Shown one piece after another: positions 59,292 to 64,000 of a DNA stretch of 64,000 bases (position 1 is its first letter; every line of letters begins with the position of its first letter). Position numbers and translations under genes: made by a program. The notes beneath the pieces were generated by a model. It searched no databases, was not told the DNA's origin, and worked only from the letters and a program-made list of their open reading frames with translations. Where the stretch lies: positions 78,670 through 142,669 of the forward strand of contig JAYVSO010000125.1 in NCBI GenBank assembly GCA_043775315.1, in the 5' to 3' direction. The stretch comes from Verrucomicrobiota bacterium (GTDB lineage: Bacteria; Verrucomicrobiota; Verrucomicrobiia; Limisphaerales; CANJSG01).

Positions 59292-59750
59292 ATGCTTGGC
59301 GCACAAGTGAACCGAGACATCTGCAACCGCGACGACATCCGCCGGCTTGTCGACGCCTTCTACGCGAAGGCGCTGGTCGATCCGGTCATCGGTTTCCTTT
59401 TCACGGACGTGGCCCGGATCGATCTGCCGACGCACCTGCCCAAGCTCTACGATTTCTGGGAGACGCTTCTCCTCGGAGCCACCAGCTACCAGTCGAGCCC
59501 GTTGATGCCGCACTTCCACCTGCACATGCGGCATCCATTGGAGACGGCTCACTTCGTCCGATGGGTTGAGCTGTTCCATTCCACCGTGGATGAGATCTTC
59601 GATGGACCAGTCGCCCAGATGGCCAAGGTGCGCTCCGAACGGATCGCGCTGAACTTCCGCGAGCGCATCCAGCTGGGAGAGGTCGCCGGATTCTTCGACA
59701 CCTACCGTCGTAAAACCGCGCCGGCGGCGGACTCGGATCAGCCCTTGTAG
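59292..59750 (+). CDS. Globin-like protein (truncated-hemoglobin/group III-like) - tentative
   Basis: 153 aa. DIRRLVDAFYAKALVDPVIGFLF...LPTHLPKLYDFWETLLLG...HLHMRH. Helical globin-like pattern with a candidate proximal His. Confidence 0.45.
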   Translation: MLGAQVNRDICNRDDIRRLVDAFYAKALVDPVIGFLFTDVARIDLPTHLPKLYDFWETLLLGATSYQSSPLMPHFHLHMRHPLETAHFVRWVELFHSTVDEIFDGPVAQMAKVRSERIALNFRERIQLGEVAGFFDTYRRKTAPAADSDQPL

Positions 59751-60247
59751 ACGATGACCACGGCGAAGTCCTCGATGAACTTCTGCGTGCCCACGTCCAC
59801 GTGGGTGTAGGTCACCGGGGTGATGCTGACAAAATTATCGTCGCCGATCTTGGAGAGGAAGTCGGAGGTCACCTCGTCGAACTTGTCCTTGCCCACCTCC
59901 ACGCAATCACCGTGCTTGATCGTCTTCACCCGGAGATGCCGGCCCGTATCCTTGGCCGCCACTTCGAGCGGCCGATTCGGTTTCTGGATGAGGGATTCCG
60001 ATGTGGCCCGCTGCGGCACGTTGAATTCCTTGACCACCTTGGCCGGCGGCCCAGTGGGGGCCGGGGTCGCGGGCGCGCCGCCGGATGACGCCGCCGTCGC
60101 CATCGGCGCGGTGCGGACGTCCGCAGCGTCGCTCGCCGGGATCGTGATCGTCTTGCTGCACGAGGGGCACTCGATCTCGGTGCCGGTATCGACAGGGTCG
60201 GCGGCAAGTTCCTGATCGCAGTAGGGGCAGTTGAAGATGATGTCCAT
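59738..60247 (-). CDS. Zinc-ribbon protein (CPxC...CPxC) with uncharacterised C-terminal domain
   Basis: MDIIFNCPYCDQ...IECPSCSK zinc-ribbon, then a Pro/Ala linker and an ~90-aa C-terminal domain. Confidence 0.45.
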   Translation of the reverse strand: MDIIFNCPYCDQELAADPVDTGTEIECPSCSKTITIPASDAADVRTAPMATAASSGGAPATPAPTGPPAKVVKEFNVPQRATSESLIQKPNRPLEVAAKDTGRHLRVKTIKHGDCVEVGKDKFDEVTSDFLSKIGDDNFVSITPVTYTHVDVGTQKFIEDFAVVIVYKG

Positions 60248-60337
60248 GATAGGGCGGGTCTCGTTGAAGGGCTTCAGGGGTAAACCAATGCCCAAAGAGG
60301 AGCAAGCGCCCAGACTTGCATGGGAACGGACCCGGCC

Positions 60338-60763
60338 TCAGCGGAAATAGGGCTCCAGCTGGAGGATCCGAGGAACGATCGGCGAGTTCGTGGGAGCGCG
60401 GGTCTTCACCATCTCGAAGTAGACCCTGGCCTCATCCGGCTTCGTGCTCCGGGCCAGCACGGCGTATTCGAGCTGGATCCATCCGAGAAGCGGGTCCAGA
60501 CAGCGCTTTTCGTTTTGCCGCATCCATTCACGGAGGCCCCGCGCGCCGTTCCTCCGGGCCTCTTCCAGCGACGGCCGCAGCGATCGCGGAACGCCGGACA
60601 AGGACGCCTCGTCGATCCCGAGCGTCGAGGTCGGCGGCGGCGGACCGGAAGGACCACGCCGGAACCAAAGCAACGCACCCACGCCGACCGCCAACGCCAC
60701 CACGGCGAATATCATCCGGCGCTTGGAACGAAGTGAGGGCATGACGGAAATCAAACCCATCAC
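60338..60763 (-). CDS. Hypothetical membrane-anchored protein
   Basis: N-terminal TM MIFAVVALAVGVGALLWF. No motif. Confidence 0.4.
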   Translation of the reverse strand: MMGLISVMPSLRSKRRMIFAVVALAVGVGALLWFRRGPSGPPPPTSTLGIDEASLSGVPRSLRPSLEEARRNGARGLREWMRQNEKRCLDPLLGWIQLEYAVLARSTKPDEARVYFEMVKTRAPTNSPIVPRILQLEPYFR

Positions 60764-60858
60764 GGCGGACGGTTAAAGCGCAACCTCATCGAAATAACCG
60801 CGCCGATGGACGGCGGCGCAGTTGAATCCCGCACCGGGTTTGGGATTAGTTCAGGGCA

Positions 60859-62337
60859 ATGCGCGCGCGAATGCTGGGTGTCCTGCTTGGGGTCTGGGTC
60901 TTGGCCGGGCTGGCCGTTTCGGGATGGACCGCCGCGCCCAAGCCTCCGGCGCTGCCGCGCGAATTCCGCGCCGCCTGGATCGCCTCCGTGGCGAACATCG
61001 ACTGGCCCTCCCGTCCGGGCCTGCCGGTCGACCAGCAGAAGTCCGAGCTCATCGCCATGCTCGACCGGGCGAAGCAGCTCCGCCTCAACGCGGTCATCTT
61101 CCAGGTCCGTCCCTGCTGTGACGCGCTCTATCTCTCCTCCATTGAACCGTGGTCCGAATACCTGACCGGCCGCATGGGACAGGCGCCCCAGCCGTATTAC
61201 GACCCGCTCGCGTTCGCCATCACCGAAGCGCACCGGCGCGGCCTCGAACTCCACGCGTGGATCAACCCCTTCCGCGCGCTCCACCAGTCCGCCAAGTCGC
61301 CGCCCCCGGCGGACCACGTTTCCCGGCGCAAACCTGGGCTCGTCCGATCCTACGGCCGCCAGCTCTGGCTCGATCCCGGCGACCCGGCCACGCAGGACCA
61401 CTCCGTCTCCGTCATCCTCGACATCGTCCGGCGTTACGACGTCGACGGCATCCACATCGACGACTACTTCTATCCCTACCGCGAGCAGGACGCCTCCGGC
61501 CGCGAGATCCCTTTTCCCGACGAAGACACGTTCAAGCGATACGTCTCGGGCGGCGGGAAACTCGATCGCGACGACTGGCGCCGGAACAACGTCGACCGCT
61601 TCGTCGAGCGCATGTATCGCGAGGTCAAGGCGGCCAAACGCTTCGCCAAGGTCGGCATCTCCCCCTTCGGCATCTGGCGACCGAACAACCCGCCGGGCAT
61701 CCGCGGTTTCGATCCCTACGCCAGCATCTACGCCGACGCGCGCAAGTGGCTGATGAACGGCTGGTGCGACTACCTCGCACCGCAGCTTTATTGGCCGCTG
61801 GCCAAGAAAGAGCAGAGCCTGCCCGCGCTGTTCAAATGGTGGACCGACCAGAGCACCAAAGGCCGCCCCGTCTGGCCGGGCATCAACTCGACCGTTGTCG
61901 GAGAATTGCCCGCCAGCGAGATGGTGAACCAGATCGCAGCCCTCCGGAAGGTGAAGCCCGGCTCCGGCCATATCTTCTGGAACATGAGGAGCCTGATGAA
62001 CAACAAGGGGAAGCTGGTGGAGACCCTGCAGAAGTATTCCTTCCCGGATGCCGCGCTGGTTCCCGAACTGTCATGGCTCGGCGGGAAGACACCGTCCGCC
62101 CCCGGGGCTGTCTACGGCCGCAGCGCCGGCGAGACCGTCATCACCTGGGAATCGTCCACCAATCCGTCCGTCTGCTGGTTCGCGGTGCAGAGCCGCGAGA
62201 AAGGGAGATGGACCACGGAGATCCTGCCGGCCACCCGGCTCATGTGGCGCACGAACCGAAAGGTCGACGCGGTGGCCGTCAGCGCCGTCGTGCGCACGGG
62301 CCAGGCGAGCAAGCCATCTGTCGTGGTCGTTCCCTGA
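60859..62337 (+). CDS. Glycoside hydrolase-like family 10 (GHL10 / DUF187, YngK-like) protein
   Basis: Signal peptide, then EFRAAWIASVANIDWPS...RLNAVIFQVRP...DALY.S..EPWSEYLTG, the conserved DUF187 block. Confidence 0.75.
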   Translation: MRARMLGVLLGVWVLAGLAVSGWTAAPKPPALPREFRAAWIASVANIDWPSRPGLPVDQQKSELIAMLDRAKQLRLNAVIFQVRPCCDALYLSSIEPWSEYLTGRMGQAPQPYYDPLAFAITEAHRRGLELHAWINPFRALHQSAKSPPPADHVSRRKPGLVRSYGRQLWLDPGDPATQDHSVSVILDIVRRYDVDGIHIDDYFYPYREQDASGREIPFPDEDTFKRYVSGGGKLDRDDWRRNNVDRFVERMYREVKAAKRFAKVGISPFGIWRPNNPPGIRGFDPYASIYADARKWLMNGWCDYLAPQLYWPLAKKEQSLPALFKWWTDQSTKGRPVWPGINSTVVGELPASEMVNQIAALRKVKPGSGHIFWNMRSLMNNKGKLVETLQKYSFPDAALVPELSWLGGKTPSAPGAVYGRSAGETVITWESSTNPSVCWFAVQSREKGRWTTEILPATRLMWRTNRKVDAVAVSAVVRTGQASKPSVVVVP

Positions 62338-62437
62338 AGGACCCAACTTCGCGCCCGCGATCCCTCGGGTTCTCGTCCTCTCCGATATGTCCCGTTCCCG
62401 GCAGGAGGATGAGAACAAGCAGCAGGCCCAGAGGAAA

Positions 62438-64000
62438 CTAAACGTCCTCCGCCAACTTGCGGTAGAGGGTGGCCAGGCTGATGTCGAGGATCTCGGCGGC
62501 CTTCTCCTTGTCACCGCCGGCCTGGGCCATGGCGCGGTTGATGTAGGACACTTCCTGGTCGCGGATAAAATTCTTCAAGGCCGCCACTGGCTGGTGGCTT
62601 CCGTTCCCGTTCAGGTGCACGCCGTTTGAAACCGGCGCCAGAGCGGCGCCGTTGGGCGCGACGGGGGCGTTGTTGCCGAGTTGGACCGACTGCGGGTTCG
62701 AGTGCCCGTTGGGCGCGTTCTTCCCGGAAGGCCCGCCCTCGTTGGGGATGACCTCCTCGGATTCCTCGGAAGAAAAGGTGCGGAAGATCGGCGGAAGATC
62801 GGCGACCTGGATCGTGTCGCCCTCGCACAGCGCGCAGGCGCGTTCGATGGCGTTCTCCAATTCGCGGACGTTCCCGGGCCACTCGTGTTTGCACAGGATG
62901 GACATCGTGCGCTTCGAGATGTGGAAGGCCTTGCCCGTTGCTGGATTGGGCCTGGTCCGCAGGAAGTGCAGCGCCAGCAGGGAAATGTCCTCGCGCCGTT
63001 CGCGAAGGCTGGGCAGCCGGATCGTGATGACGTTGAGCCGGTAGAAAAGGTCCTCGCGGAAAGTCCCGCGCTTGATGCGTTCGTCGAGCTTCTCGTTCGT
63101 CGCGGCTATGATGCGGACGTTGACATAGACGGGCGAGTTGTCGCCGACGCGCCGGACTTCCTTTTCCTGCAGGACGCGGAGAAGACGGCTTTGCAGCAGG
63201 GCGGGCATCGTGCCGATCTCGTCGAGGAACATCGTGCCGCTGTCGGCTTCCTGGAAGAGGCCGACCTTGTCGTTCACCGCCCCCGTGAAGGATCCCTTGC
63301 GGTGGCCGAACAGTTCGGACTCGAGAAGGTTCTCGGGAAGCGCGCTGCAGTTGATGGGCACGAATGGCGCGAACTGGCGGCGGCTGTTGAAATGGAGGGC
63401 GCGGGCGATCAGCTCCTTGCCGGTGCCGCTCTCACCCTGGATGAGGACGGTCGACTCGGACTCGATGATCTTCTCGAGCAGGCGGAAGACCGCCTGGATC
63501 GCGCGCGAGGTACCGACGATGTTCTCGAAGCGATAGCGCTCGCCGAGCTCCTGGTTGAGCGACGACAGCTCGCGCTCGCGACGCGTCTGCTCCGCGTGGT
63601 AGGTCTCGATCTCGGTGGCGCCGAGCTCGAGCAGATCACAGAGGTGATCGAGCTCCGTCTCGCGCAGGCGTGGGATGCGAGCGATGGAGCGCTCGAGCTC
63701 GGCCACCTCCTCGACAGGGTTGCCCGGCGCGATCTCGTGGATCTTGCGCAAGAGGGCCTCGTTGCCGAGCGGGCTGAGCGCGGCCTGCACCGACCCTCCA
63801 ACGAACAAAAAACCGGCCAGCTCGCCCTCGAGCGTGATCGAGCAAGCCACGATGTCAAAGTTCAGGTGACAGGCATGGACGATCGCTCGGCGCGAGCGCG
63901 GCGCCGACGCACGCAGCTTGTCGCGCGTGTCCTTGACCGACTCATTGCAGCGACGGAATCCCTCCTTGGAGAAGAGGGCGACCCGACAGAACTCATTGTC
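62438..64000 (-). CDS. Sigma-54-dependent transcriptional activator (GAF-like N-terminus, AAA+ sigma54 domain, Fis HTH); 5' end beyond window
   Basis: GESGTGKE, GSFTGA, ESELFGHRKG and a C-terminal HTH. The frame stays open on the minus strand through base 64000 (the track start at 63850 is a GTG), so the N-terminus is truncated by the window edge. Confidence 0.85.
   Translation of the reverse strand, partial: DNEFCRVALFSKEGFRRCNESVKDTRDKLRASAPRSRRAIVHACHLNFDIVACSITLEGELAGFLFVGGSVQAALSPLGNEALLRKIHEIAPGNPVEEVAELERSIARIPRLRETELDHLCDLLELGATEIETYHAEQTRRERELSSLNQELGERYRFENIVGTSRAIQAVFRLLEKIIESESTVLIQGESGTGKELIARALHFNSRRQFAPFVPINCSALPENLLESELFGHRKGSFTGAVNDKVGLFQEADSGTMFLDEIGTMPALLQSRLLRVLQEKEVRRVGDNSPVYVNVRIIAATNEKLDERIKRGTFREDLFYRLNVITIRLPSLRERREDISLLALHFLRTRPNPATGKAFHISKRTMSILCKHEWPGNVRELENAIERACALCEGDTIQVADLPPIFRTFSSEESEEVIPNEGGPSGKNAPNGHSNPQSVQLGNNAPVAPNGAALAPVSNGVHLNGNGSHQPVAALKNFIRDQEVSYINRAMAQAGGDKEKAAEILDISLATLYRKLAEDV

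Noticed and set aside
62438-63850. Track start codon of the sigma54 activator at 63850
   Set aside because: Codon 63848-63850 is GTG displayed as M. The frame stays open to the window edge and upstream residues look like a GAF domain, so the gene is 5'-truncated by the window rather than starting there.

Overview
High-GC (~65%) chromosomal segment that looks Planctomycetes/Verrucomicrobia (PVC)-like. This is inferred from the DUF1592/DUF1552 pair, the HEAT/cytochrome-c and large membrane-bound-dehydrogenase-type multidomain proteins, DUF4331 and GHL10.

Core content:
- Carbohydrate-active enzymes: a GH10 xylanase, two paralogous SASA/DUF303 esterases, a BNR sialidase-like hydrolase, a CE4 deacetylase and a GHL10 protein.
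- Purine genes purQ/purS and purH, plus Nif3.
- A long minus-strand array from ~17.9 to 29.2 kb: polyprenyl synthase, CorA, a sigma54 two-component pair (HK/RR), an ArnT-like glycosyltransferase, an outer-membrane beta-barrel, a Wzc tyrosine kinase, Wza and an FHA protein.
- A nucleotide-sugar cluster: Gfo/Idh/MocA, SDR, UDP-sugar dehydrogenase and an epimerase.
- An MsbA-like ABC exporter and one tRNA-Leu(UAG).

Accessory content, the most interesting part:
1. A family of ~180-230 bp REPIN-like inverted-repeat elements. Each REP unit begins GTAGCCCACAGCGTGAGCTGTGGG. There are five copies, and one pair brackets a REP-associated tyrosine transposase (RAYT, IS200/IS605 TnpA-like).
2. A 1807-aa uncharacterised protein with a MoxR/AAA_5-like ATPase module near its C-terminal quarter. 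It sits downstream of a flotillin/SPFH gene, is bracketed by REPINs, and carries an in-frame copy of a second palindromic element also found intergenically at 34.4 kb.
3. A vapBC (DUF104 antitoxin-like + PIN) cassette inserted at the 3' end of the flotillin gene, with a diverged ~120 bp duplication of the flotillin C-terminus.
4. A ~3 kb low-GC islet at the 3' side of tRNA-Leu. It encodes a TM/coiled-coil DUF4041 + T5orf172 (GIY-YIG-like) protein and a coiled-coil unknown protein, a candidate defence/mobile module.
5. A DUF4331 - TPR - HupE/UreJ putative operon.

Because the DNA is GC-rich, many long ORFs in the six-frame track are shadow ORFs and were rejected. The ORF track also uses GTG/TTG starts and prints them as M; starts were re-checked where possible.
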